Shown here in pieces: positions 12,167 through 23,777 of a DNA stretch of 64,000 bases. Each line of letters begins with the position of its first letter. The first letter of the stretch is position 1. The notes beneath the pieces were generated by a model. The model had not been told where the DNA came from, did no database searches, and worked only from the letters and a program-made list of their open reading frames with translations. The DNA is from Octopus sinensis (lineage: Eukaryota): positions 183,458,001-183,522,000 of the forward strand of contig NC_042997.1 in NCBI RefSeq assembly GCF_006345805.1. The letters run 5' to 3'. A program made the position numbers and the translations under genes.

Positions 12167-12331
12167 CTTTCTAAGTTGAAAATCATCTTCTATTTGACCA
12201 TCAATATTCATATGTTGCTGCCAAATTTCTTCTGTAACTAAACCATAGACACCTTCTTCTGGATGGCACTGACTGTCCATTAATGTAGGTTGGACAATCA
12301 GAAACTGGCGATAAGGCGATTCATCTTTACG
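12167..12331 (-). CDS. TBC1D16: TBC1D16 coding exon 4
   Basis: RKDESPYRQFLIVQPTLMDSQCHPEEGVYGLVTEEIWQQHMNIDGQIEDDFQLRK; acceptor tgtttgcag|, donor AAG|GTAATT; 165 nt, phase 0 to 0. Confidence 0.92.
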
Positions 12332-12374
12332 CTGCAAACAATTTATAATTCCAAAATATCAATTATAAAGATTA

Positions 12375-13828
12375 GAAATATCAGATCTGGTTAGTTTGGC
12401 TGCCAGCATCAATTTAGTTGAAATTGATTTCATATTCAGTGTAATGATGCTCTTTTATTGGCTAATGGCGTGAAAATCATTTTCGCGATAAATCAATAAA
12501 TAAAGAGTTAAAGTTTGAAAATTTTGGTATTTTTAGCCAATTGTAAGTCACAGATGCATTCATGCCTGTTGCCATAGTAACAAGCAGAACACGAGAACAC
12601 TTTTGTCTGTGAGAAAGCACGTGTTGATAAATACATTGAAACCACTTGTTTTACCTATCTGATGACAATTGAACATGTGAATTTATGTAGCACAGGAGAT
12701 ATGAAAATTGTGATTTATTTGAGAAATTGATTGAATGCATTTTTAACTTTTATTTTTAATGAACTGATCAAGAAAATGTTTTTTAAAAGTATTTAATTTG
12801 TAATGTGCTATTTTGTTTTTAGATAAATCTTTTAAGTTTGCGCTATCGCATTAAATGCATATTGAGTGCTTAAAACTACAAAACACATGTTGTTTACTCT
12901 TTCTTTTTTTTTTGTTAACCCGAAAGGTGGTACTCACACTCAACAAGTGGAGATGACGTGGGCCTCTGTGAAGCAAGTAATAAACAACACTGTGGCACTC
13001 ACCGTTCTATGGTAGATTCATATCTCTGTGAATTTATGAGGCACATGAGATATGAAAATTGTGATTTGAGAAATTAAGTGAATGTATTTCTAACTTTCAT
13101 TTTTAATTTTAAAACTATTTTGTAATGTGTTGCTTATAGCATGCTTAAATGTTTGTTTTTTAAGCATATTTTGCTCACTCTTTTATTTTCATTTATAACA
13201 TATAAATATGTACATCTTTTAGAACATTGTCATTGTATAAAATTTTGCTGGCAAATCTTTAAATTAACATAAGCATTTATTTACATGAAAGAAAATTACC
13301 AGAGAACTTTCATCTCATTCTTCCAAATATTTCTGTTAAAACTGTATTGAAACCATTTGTGGGGAAAAATTGTAATGTGTTTATTGCATGTAACATATTG
13401 TTCATTGCATTTGCATTAAATGCATATTGAATGCTTAAAACTACTTGTTTACTCATTTCTTTTTGTCATTGAGATATACTAAAAATAACAGCTAAATAAC
13501 GTTTTTTGGATAAAGCTATCACATTAAATGCATATTGAATGCTTCAAACTACAAAACATGGGTTGTTTACAAATATTGACAACACGTGCTATTTTCAGGA
13601 TGTTGATGACAAAACATGCAGTCACATACGAAATGACAGCTTCCAAATCCTGTTTCCTGACTGGGTGAAAATGACCAAACTTTAAACCTCTATAACTTTT
13701 TTCTGGAAAAAGTGAAATAACTCCAGCAATTCAGCTTGGAAAAGTATATAATTGTGCCAAATTAAAAAATTTTCAATAAATTTAATTTTTGAAATGTTGG
13801 CAGCCACACCAACTAGATCCGAAAAATC
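12375..13828. mobile_element. Non-autonomous DNA transposon, ~1.45 kb, ~35-bp imperfect TIRs, putative TA target duplication
   Basis: Left gaaatatcagatctggttagtttggctgccagcat versus right atgttggcagccacaccaactagatccgaaaaatc. Internal direct repeats (gtgaatttatg...gagatatgaaaattgtgattt twice; gcattaaatgcatattga-type three times). No ORF. Confidence 0.65.
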
Positions 13829-13861
13829 TATGTAATAAACATCAGGATAAATACTCTAGAG

Positions 13862-14438
13862 CCGTTGTTCTCAACCATTTTTTATCTATGGATCTCTTTG
13901 ATTACTATTTAATTCTGGCAGACCCCCATAACCATTCAATGCTTAAGAACTAGTTTTATAGATACTTCTTTCAAAATTCCTATTTTGTCTTCCTCACATT
14001 TTATAAAACATTAAAAAAAAACCAAGCTGTTTCTTGTGGTATATACCAATACATGTCTAAAGCAAGATATTTTCAGAAGGCCTTAAAATACTATTGGGAT
14101 CCCCAATTTGCTATTATTACATGGACCCCTTTAATTACTATTTCACTCTGGTGGACTTCCATAGCCATTCGATGTTTCAAAACTAGTTTATAGAAACGTC
14201 TTTCAAAATTTCTATTTTGTTTTTCACACATTAACTTGTGTAGGTTGAACTATGTAAAGCATTAAAGAAACCTAGCTGTTTCTTGCAATACATACCAATA
14301 CATACATCTAAATCAAAATTTTTTCAGGGCCCCTTGAAATACTATTGTGGATCCCCAATTTACTATTTTGTTGTGTGGAGCCCCAAAAATCTTATATGGA
14401 CCCCCAGGGGCCATATGGACCTTGGTTAAGAACCACTG
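13862..14438. mobile_element. hAT (Charlie-type) MITE with perfect 8-bp TSD CTCTAGAG
   Basis: CTCTAGAG at 13854-13861 and 14439-14446; termini ccgttgttctcaacc / ggttaagaaccactg; internal ~240-bp tandem duplication. An NTCTAGAN target is the known Charlie preference. Confidence 0.85.
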
Positions 14439-14495
14439 CTCTAGAGAAACCATGATAAATTCAATGCTATGGTTTGATATATATATATATATATA

Positions 14496-14774
14496 CCACC
14501 AAATAAGTTAGGGGTTGTGGATCCAACCCACTAAGGGATAATACTTATCCAATATACTTTGGTATGCTACCCAAATTATTAATACATAAGTGTTTTTAAT
14601 TGCAATGCAATGAACTCACTTATTGTATTAAATGGGTGTAGGTAAAGAAATATTTTACCATTAATTTATATTACAAATAAGAAAATGGAGAAACACATTA
14701 GTTGGACAACATTCTAATATCCTAAAGCTGATAAACCAACTAATGTGTTTCTCCATTTTCTTATTTGTAATATA
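14496..14774. mobile_element. Probable Penelope-like fragment in a (TA)n tract with a 39-bp perfect inverted repeat
   Basis: 14667-14705 is the exact reverse complement of 14736-14774 (30-nt spacer); bounded by TA repeats. The class is inferred from the architecture only. Confidence 0.5.
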
Positions 14775-16295
14775 TATATATATATGCTAATATATAGTAA
14801 GGCGAAAGGAAGAAAAGAAATTTGCACATATTTTGTGACACAAGGATCAGAGACAGGCAGTGTTTCACATTGCTAGATAGAGTACTAGACAAAATCATGT
14901 CGTTGTTGAGGAGAAGTGTATGTGAATTGATGCTGGTACACTTGCTCTCACTGATGCTAATATGAAAAGAAGCATGGGAGTGTACTGACTAAAATAATTA
15001 CAATGCAATTGTCTGATTGTGTGTGTGCATGGATATTGGTACACTGTATCTATACATGTCATAAGAGGCAACTGAAAGAGAAGCATGACATAAACAGTTT
15101 TGAAGACTGCAAGGTCCTGCTCTAACAGGGATTAATCTTGTTGTGTATCTCTTTATAGGAACTGGAGATGACTGAGAAGGGGTATGTCTATAGGTGGTGG
15201 ATAGTGGAATGGCCTTGAGATTGAAGGTTAGCAATATATAAGGCCTAGAAAAACAGTCATAAACCAATAGTGGTGGGTTTACTTGTGGGGGAGGTGTCAG
15301 CAGGTGACACAACTGATTTGTGAAAACTCTCAATCTCAAGGCGGCCATATTTACCTTGTGATAACGTGAGTGTGGCTGTCTTTAAATAAGCACAGATAGA
15401 ATGGGGCAGTGGTTGTACTAGTATATGTAGCTAGTGGAAGAGTTGAAATGTTTGGTCAAGGGTGGTTATAGAACAGCAAGGACAAGTCAGTAATGTTGTG
15501 GCCCATGTACTCTGGTACTCAGTGGGCTGACAGAAGAAGGTATTCACAAATCTGAGTACTTGGCTACTTACTGCAGTTGATACAACCTCTGTTGTCACAG
15601 ATTCATTTGTGCCAAGGATTTAGGCTAAGGTCAATTGTGTTATAGGATTTTTGACACTGCAGTCAACTGACATCAATCAAATAAATGGCCACTTCAGCTT
15701 TGAGCAAGAATGTTTCAATCAAATCTGGGCCTTTACACTTGAGAGCCCATTTTAGAAGATGAAATAAAAACAATTGAAGTGAGACAACCTCTTGGATTGA
15801 AAAAAGGCACAACAATGAAAATAATGATGTTGAGGGGAAAATGATCTTAAAACATTGTTGTATACCAACGTTACCAACATCGCCTTACTGGCACCTGTGC
15901 TGGTGGCATGTGTAAAAGAATTCGAGCGAGGTCGTTGCCAGTACCGCCTGACTGGCCCCCGTACCGGTAGCATGTAAAAAGCACCCACTTCACTCTCGGA
16001 GTGGTTGGCGTTAGGAAGGGCATCCAGCTGTAGAAACTCTGCCAAATCAAGATTGGAGCCTGGTGCGGCCATCTGGTTCGCCAGCCCTCATTCAAAATCA
16101 TCCAACCTATGCTAGCATGGAGAGTGGACGTTAAACGATGATGATGATGATGATGGACATGGAAATGTTGTGTGTGTATGTATGTATGTGTATGCATGGG
16201 TGTGCGTGCTGTGTATGAATTGTGTTGTGTGTGTGTAAAACCAGCAATTAAAAGAAGAAAGATCAAGAGATAAGAAAACTCATCTGGTTCTGTAC

Positions 16296-16468
16296 CCTTT
16301 CTCTTGCATTTGCAAACAGGTTCCACTCTTCAAATATTGAAGCTAACTTGTCAAGTCCACTGTGATGGAAATGTAAAATTTTATACTGGCTTTCTCGGCT
16401 TGCGATGACAACTTGACCCCGCGTACATTCTCGGTCATTATAAAATAGCCGCAGGGAACGCATTTGTG
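16296..16468 (-). CDS. TBC1D16: TBC1D16 coding exon 3
   Basis: (A)QMRSLRLFYNDRECTRGQVVIASRESQYKILHFHHSGLDKLASIFEEW, strongly like TBC1D16 MRSLRLFF...GQLVVASRESQYKVFHFHHGGLDKL. Acceptor ttttttttgcag|. The donor AGG|GTACAG is weak but gives the required phase 0; the 3' boundary is less certain (see findings). Confidence 0.88.
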
Positions 16469-16614
16469 CTGCAAAAAAAAGATAAATATATAAGAAAATT
16501 TATAACAAAAATGTCAAAAAATAAATTCCTGGAAATGTTTTCAGTTTTTAAATTAATTTCCTTATATCTGATATTGTAAGTCTTAATCATGATCCTCACA
16601 AAATGATGGGAATG

Positions 16615-16937
16615 TTTCTTTCTTTCTTTCTTTTCGCCCTTATCAAGCCTAGCCAGGCTCATGGGCCCGGTTTTCCAGTTTCTGTGGCACATGCGTTCCC
16701 CCCAGCTGCACGGGACGCCAGTCCATCGCAGCGTTACTCAAGAAACAGGAAGAGAGAGTGAGAGAAAGTTGTGGTGAAAGAGTACAACAGGAGTCGCCAC
16801 CACCCCCTGCCGGAGCCTCGTGGAGCTTTTAGGTGTTTTTGCTCAATAAACACACACAACGCCTGGTCTGGGAATCGAAACCGCGATCCTCCGACCGTGA
16901 GTCCGCTGCCGTAACCACTGGGCCATTGCGCCTCCAC
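16615..16937 (-). mobile_element. tRNA-derived V-domain SINE (relatively young, CpG-rich copy)
   Basis: Reverse complement of 5216-5540 along its whole length. Confidence 0.85.
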
Positions 16938-17502
16938 ATGGGAATGTTTACAAGTTTAAAGATCATTATTAAAATGAATTACAAATAAAGTTGGCTCATA
17001 TGAAACAATACTGATTTCTTTATTTGTAACAGAAGAAAATTAACCATGATAACAGTACACTTCAACAGAAAGGAATGTATGAAATTTAACTTTCTATATA
17101 TTATATAATTCTGTTGTTAGTGACTTTGAAGTTACCCCAATGGTGACTTATTCAAATTACTTCAGTTTGAATAAGCCATCAATGTTAAAACTTGAAAGTC
17201 CCCATCAGCAAAATTATACTAGACTCAACACATGTATTGCACATTTTATTTGGTAAATGTCTCTTATCTTTATGCATTTAAATATTTATTTTTCAACACT
17301 ATTTATATACATACGTGTGTGTTTGTGTGTGTGTGCATGTGTGTTTGTGTGAGTGTAGGCATGGCTGTTTGGTTAAGACCTTTCATTTCTGATTGCATGG
17401 CACTTTAGGCAAATGTTTCCTTCTGTAGGCCCAATTCAACCAAAGCCCTGAGTGGATCTGGTAGTCTGGTAAATGGAAATTGAAAGAAGCCTGTTGCATA
17501 TA

Positions 17503-17559
<57 letters not shown>

Positions 17560-17684
17560 GTATGTATGTATGCATACAATTATGCATACAGTCACACATA
17601 TTTATACAGACACACATATGCTTAAGCACTCCGAAAATTTTCCCATGGTTATATTTATGGCTGCCAAAATACACATACCTATTT

Positions 17685-17897
17685 CTTTACTACCCACAAG
17701 GGGGACAAACAAGGACAGACAAATGGATTAAGTTGATTACATCGACCCCAGTGCGTAACTGGTACTTAATTTATCGACCCCGAAAGGATGAAAGGCAAAG
17801 TCGACCTCGGCGGAATTTGAACTCAGAACATAACGGCAGACGAAATACGGCTACACATTTCGCCCGGAGTGCTAATGTTTCTGCCAGCTCGCTGCCA
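17685..17897 (-). mobile_element. tRNA-derived SINE, tail variant A (core recalled as Meta/Sauria-SINE-like)
   Basis: Minus strand ggcagcgagctggcagaaacattagcac...gagttcaaattccgccgaggtcgactttgcctttcatcctttcggggtcgataaattaagtaccag...tgtgggtagtaaagaaat. Copies near 35955-36184, 37495-37712, 50750-50985(+), 51615-51847, 55095-55330(+) and 62170-62590 (tandem dimer). Confidence 0.85.
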
Positions 17898-18734
17898 TAT
17901 ACACACACCAGGAACTTCATTAATACTGTTTTTGTCCAAATATGCTACACAAACATTCACTCCTACCCCAAAGAAAAAAAAAATCAACTAACCAAGTTAT
18001 ATATATTCTTCCTAATTAAATTTTTAAGGGTTACTAAAGATTCTAAGAAACCCCTAATCATACCACAGATTATAGTTTTCTCAATTTGCTGGATGTTGAA
18101 ATTTAGTACTGTTTCAAAACAAACAAATTTTTTTTTATTATATTGGGTTCATCATTCAGTTGTGGCCATGCTGGAGCATTATCTTCTAAGGTAGAGTTAA
18201 TTATATCAACCTCAGGATATATTTTATTGATCTGAGGAAGATGAATGTTGACCTGGGTGAGAAATGAATTTACAATGTGGAGTGATGTAAAATGGATACA
18301 ATATCAGGCCATTATCCCTCAAACCAGGAATATGTTGTACAGCTGGCATTTAACTCAACATACCAGAGTACATAATTTAAATAAAAAATAGGTAATATTT
18401 ATTCCCACTTAAATGTGGATGTTCTGTTAGAACAAACTATACTGCGGCAGGCACCATGAAAGAAATTCTCATATTGGCTTTTGGCGCAAAATACACTCTT
18501 GTTTATATTGCTAGTGGGGAGATAAATCTCTACCACCTTTAGCACTGAGACCACTACATCACAGGATTTTGACTTTCCTTAGTTGTGACGATGATGGATG
18601 CTCAACCGCTAGAGATAGCAGTGACTCATCTCCCCACTAGCAATATATAGAAAACCCGTGCCAGAACAGGGGCTGGATAAATATTACCTCTCAGTACTAA
18701 TACTGCCTCTGTTGCTAATATATAATTCTCTCTT

Positions 18735-19125
18735 TCTCTCTCTTTTGTTTCAGTCATTTGACTGCAGCCATGCTGGAGCACCGCCTTTAGTCAAGTAAAT
18801 CAACCCCAGGACTTATTCTTTGTAAGCCTAGTACTTATTCTATCGGTCTCTTTTGCCGAACTGCTAAGTTACAGGGATGTAAACACACCAGCATCGGTTG
18901 TCAAGCGATGTTGGGGGGACACACAAACATATATGCACACATACATACATATATATATACATATATGTGACAGGCTTCTTTCAGTTTCCGTCTACCAAAT
19001 CCACTCACAAGGCTTTGGTTGGCCCGAGGCTATAGTAGAAGACACTTGTCCAAGGTACCACACAGTGGGAATGAACCCGGAACCATGTGGTTGGTAAGCA
19101 AGCTACTTACCATACAGCCACTCCT
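18735..19125 (-). mobile_element. Full-length microsatellite-containing SINE
   Basis: Reverse complement of 22517-22930 across head, microsatellite and tail. Confidence 0.85.
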
Positions 19126-20285
19126 GACAAGAAATCTTAATATATTGAAATTGTTGTCAAGTTTGTGCTTATTGAAAGTAATGAATACTAAAAGCTATTT
19201 AATCATTCTTTATTTAGTCTATTATAATATATGCCTTACAAAGACATTATATTGGGGAAATAAATTAGATTTACAATGGCACTCAATTTGAAAATCTTTA
19301 GGATATTTTACTTGAAAAGCAAGCAGTTCAGTAATTAGTTTAAAGCTGTAAACATTTCTTTATTTTATTTTTCATGCTTTTTTTGTTTCATTTAGAGGCT
19401 ACACAAAGTTACACTATTTAAACTAAAGAATAGTTATTTAGCTGTGACATTGTTATTTTTATAATAACCTTTAAGTGGGATTTAGACAATATATAATCTA
19501 TATTTATATAATATCCACAATTATCTAAAGCTATATTGAACTGAGGTTAAGCTACTCTTGCCGACCAAAATGTAACTGAATAGTTTAAGTATTTTGCTTG
19601 AAGCCTTACCAATTTGACCAAAAATGTATGACATCATCTAATTCTACCTCCTATTTCATTCTACCAGCTTGCAGCTTTCCTTATTATTAATAGCAATTAA
19701 AAGGGCAGTGGATGGCAAACTCTGTAGAACAACAGGCAAAAATGCTTTTGCATTATTTATTTACTCCCTTTATGTTCAGTTTTGTTTTTCATTCTTTTGG
19801 TTTTAATAAAATAAGTACCAGCCAATGAATGTGGTTACTTAAACTGATTATGCATCTTAAAATTTGTGGCCTTAAGCCAATGTTAAAAATTAATATTTAA
19901 TACATCTGTTCTTTATAAATCTTAATACTAATAGCATATTTATTATACAGCATTTTAGGCTCTCATTCTTCAGGGGTGAATAATGCAAGTATCAGACAAG
20001 CATTCGGGTTGATTACACTGACTACACTCCTCCCTTCGAGTTTATGCCCTCCATCATTATCATCCTTTTAATGTCCATGTTCTATGCTAGCATGAGTTGA
20101 ATACTTTGACAGGATCCAATGGGTCCAAAGACTGCATCATGCTCTAATGTCAGCTTTGGCATGGTTCCTATAGCTGGATGCCTTTCCTAATGCCAACCAC
20201 TTTCCAACATGTACTGGGTGCATTTTTGTGCTACGAGCACTAAAGAGTTTGCCATAAAGCTGGCAAAACCACAAACCCTGAGGTA

Positions 20286-20316
<31 letters not shown>

Positions 20317-21479
20317 TGTGTGTGTGTGTGTTTGTGTATGGGTGTGTGTGCACACGTGCGTGCATATGTGTGTGTGTATGGTTGTGTGTGCACATGTGCA
20401 TGTATGTGTGTGTATAGAATTAACAGTGTCAGGAAAAATACCTTGTGGTATTTAGTTGTAATGTTATAAACCATTATTGATCATTATTATCATAATTGTT
20501 TAACATTCTCTTTCCAAGCTGGCATGGGTTAGATGGTTTGATCGAAAACTGGTAAGCTGGGGGCAGCACCAGGTTCCAATCTAAGTTGGCAAGTTTTCTA
20601 CGGATGGATGTCCTTCCTAATACCAACCACTCCGTGAGTGTAGTGGGTGCTTTTTACATGCTACCAGCATGGGTGCCATTGACCTGACACCACCATCGGC
20701 CACAATTATGGCCTCCTTTGGCTTGACAGGTCAACATAAGCATGGTATATCGCCAAGGATCTTGGCCACCTGTCACTGCCTCCATGCAGCCCATGCTTTT
20801 TACATGCCAACCAGCTCCATGAGACCCAACATTCAAATGGTGCTTTTTACATACCAATAACATATTTTATCAAATCCTTACATATTCATATACTTGTATA
20901 TCTATGATACTATAAGTTATCAAGAGTTATATGTAAAATCGTAACTATGTTCTTAGTAATTGAGGCTGGTAAGGAGTTCAGAAACCATTTGTAATAGACT
21001 ATTCAAAATAGATATCTCTAAAATAAGTAATGCTTGTTATAATTTGATTTGTTAAGAATAATTGTAGTTATGATACCCGTGCCAGTGGCACGTAAAAAGC
21101 ACCAACCAATCGTGGCCGTTTGACAGCCTTCTCTGGCTCCTGTGCTGGTGGCACGTAAAAAGCACCCACTACACTCATGGAGTGGTTGGCGTTAGGAAGG
21201 GCTTCCAGTTGTAGAAACACAACCAGATCAGACTGGAGCCTGGTGCAGCCTCCTGGCTTCCCAGACCCCGGTTGAACCGTCCAACCCATGCTAGCATGGA
21301 AAACGGACGTTAAACGATGATGATGAATTATGATATTGTGAACTGAGGTTAGTACATGTCCCTACATTAAACACTAAATTCTTCTGCTAATATTAAGTGA
21401 CTTACAAATTACCTTGTGGAAGTAGGAAAAAATAGTACAGTTAAAATAATAGAAACAAGTTATAATTCCTAATTTGAAG

Positions 21480-22140
21480 AGATGGCATAACAGGTAGACT
21501 GTAATTGATAATACAATTGCCTGGCAAGTAATATATATGTTGTTTGAATCGCATCAGTGATTGTCTTTCTTATTTCAACTTCAAATAGGTACTTGTAATG
21601 TTCAATATTAGCAAGGATGTTGTGACAACTCCAATTTGCTTTTCTGTAGTTTGCATCAGTTCTCACAGACAGTAATATACCATCAATGGTAATATACCAT
21701 GGTGCATCAAAGAATGAAGTTATTTAGTGTCAATGAAAACAAAGTGGGAGGAACAAACAAAAATGGGGTATATGCATACAAAGCAACTCTTCTAGGTGGG
21801 CATTAATACCTCTGTGGAGGTAGGAGAAAAAAGATGATAGCTTGTCATAGAATAATATGTATGCACACTATTTAGTTATAGTGTACATTGGAAGGAATTT
21901 CATAATGTGTACAACATGAATATGTACTGGTAGCTACTGAAGAAACCAGGTGTGAAAGAGAACAGTTGAAATCTAAGTTGTCTATTCAACTTATTTGCAG
22001 CTATGCCTCTGAAATTTCTTTCTGAAGTCACTTATTCTGAGTGTGAACAAGCAAACTACTAAACAACCATATATGATTACCAAGAGAAGTGTTACAGATG
22101 TGAGTTAAAGGCCAAATAAAAGTAAGGTGAAATAATTTGG
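21480..22140 (-). mobile_element. Highly decayed LINE reverse-transcriptase remnant (tentative)
   Basis: Scattered minus-strand pieces (LTHICNTSL, WSCHNILANI, YKYL) fall in the order expected for a non-LTR RT; many stops and frameshifts. Confidence 0.3.
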
Positions 22141-22516
22141 TAATTCACTCTCAATCATATAAAAATTATATATAATCATTAGCATTCAGCTAAAACTAAA
22201 AGAATAAGAAAAAGTAATAATAATTATAGGAATAATAGTTCTAATTATTATATAACTATTACTATTATTAAAAGAGCTGTGAACTAAATGCCTAGCAATG
22301 TTCAGTCTCTCAATGTTCGTACGCTCAAAGCCTTCGGGTGTTGACTTTTCCTCAAAAGTCAGTAAAATAGAACCAGGCTGTGTGGTATGAATTTGCTTTC
22401 CAGCTACATGGTTCAGGGTTCAGTCCCACAGCAAATGTCTTCTACTAATAGTTCTGGGCTGAACGAAGCCTTATGAATGGATCTGGTAGATGGAAACTGA
22501 AAGAAGGCCATCATAC

Positions 22517-22930
22517 AGGTGTAGGAGTGGCTGTGTGGTAAGTAGCTTGCTTACGAACCACATAGTTCCGGGTTCAGTCCCACTGCGTGGCACCTTGGGC
22601 AAGTGTCTTCTACTCTAGCCTCGGTCTGACCAAAGCCTTGTAAGTGGATTTGGTAGATGGAAACTGAAAGAAGCCCATCATATATATGTATATATGTATA
22701 TATGTATGTGTGTGTATGTTTGTGTGTCTGTGTTTATCCCCGCCAACATCGCTTGACAACCAATGGTGGTGTGTTTACGTCCCCGTAACTTAGCAGTTTG
22801 GCAAAAGAGACCGATAGAATAAGTACTAGGCTTACAAAGACTAAGTCCTGGGGTCGATTTGCTCAACTAAAGGTGGTGCTCCAGCATGACTGCTGTCAAA
22901 TGACTGAAACAAGTAAAAGAGAATAAAAGA
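22517..22930 (+). mobile_element. Full-length microsatellite-containing tRNA-SINE nested in an older copy of the same family (~22375-23230)
   Basis: Head aggagtggctgtgtggtaagtagcttgcttacgaaccacatagttccgggttcagtccc, then (TA)(TG)n, then tail ...aaatgactgaaacaagtaaaagag. A degraded head precedes it and a degraded tail follows it. Other copies near 45198-45790, 53468-53822 and 57828-59295. Confidence 0.85.
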
Positions 22931-23447
22931 GAAAATATTTGCATGTCTGTGTGTGTACACGTATGTGTATGTGTATGTGTGTGTGAGAGAGAGAGAGAAA
23001 GAGAGAGACAGAGTATCTTTGTGGTTGCATTTGTCCTCCCCACCATCGCTTGACAACCAGTATCAGTTTGTTTATGTCACTGTAACTTAGCAATTCAGCA
23101 AAAGACACCGATAGAGTACGTACTAGGCTTTAAAAGAATAAATACTGGAGATGATTTATTTGATTAAAATCCTTTCAACATAGTGCTCCAATATGGCTGC
23201 ATTCAAATGAATGAAACAAGTAAAAGATCAGTGAATCTGTAAAGCCAACTGGTGAAAGAAATGGATAGGTTTTGGTCTTATTAGATCTTTTCAGCAAAAC
23301 ATATTCTACTGAATTGGCAAATGATCAGTATATATATATATATATAAATATAATAAAATATTATTTGAGACAAAACCACTATTTTGCAAAACAAACAAGG
23401 AAAGACTTAATCAATACATAAAATTTAATAAATAGTCAAAAAAACCG

Positions 23448-23490
23448 CCACTACAATCGTTTCTTGTCTTGATCGACAATCTTCAGGTGG
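23448..23490 (-). ncRNA. Minimal type-I hammerhead ribozyme motif (mirror copy, sense to the TBC1D16 pre-mRNA)
   Basis: Exact reverse complement of 23552-23594 within the palindrome. Confidence 0.8.
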
Positions 23491-23551
23491 ACTTCCAATA
23501 ATTCAGTTACAAATTATGAAGTTCATAATTTGTAACTGAATTATTGGAAGT

Positions 23552-23594
23552 CCACCTGAAGATTGTCGATCAAGACAAGAAACGATTGTAGTGG
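23552..23594 (+). ncRNA. Minimal type-I hammerhead ribozyme motif
   Basis: CCAC-CUGAAGA-UUGUC(gaucaa)GACAA-GAAAC-gauu-GUA-GUGG: stem I CCAC/GUGG, canonical CUGANGA and GAAA boxes, 5-bp stem II, very short stem III, GUA cleavage triplet (cut after 23590). Confidence 0.8.
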
Positions 23595-23777
23595 CGGTTT
23601 TTTTTGACTATTTATTAAATTTTATGTATTGATTAAGTCTTTCCTTGTTTGTTTTGCAAAATAGTGGTTTTGTCTCAAATAATATTTTATAATATTTTAC
23701 TATAAAATTGGATTTAATCCTAAATCTGATTTTTTTTCCCTGTAAATTTGGATATATTCCCTAATATTTATTATTTA

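Larger units (their letters stand above)
23353..23690. repeat. Near-perfect palindrome (168/169-bp arms, 1-nt loop at 23521); probable Penelope-like inverted pseudo-LTR
   Basis: By eye the arms are exact reverse complements except A7 versus T8 in one homopolymer; it lies between (TA)n tracts. The downstream 23700-23780 resembles 28910-28990. Confidence 0.92.

Noticed and set aside
14895-15750. GC-richer segment with a 116-aa minus-strand ORF, possibly a LINE remnant
   Set aside because: No diagnostic motif recognised with confidence; needs a tBLASTx/Dfam search.
17562-18194. 210-aa plus-strand ORF
   Set aside because: Runs through a microsatellite and the antisense of a SINE; the RQSRPRRNLNSE peptide recurs in every copy of that SINE.
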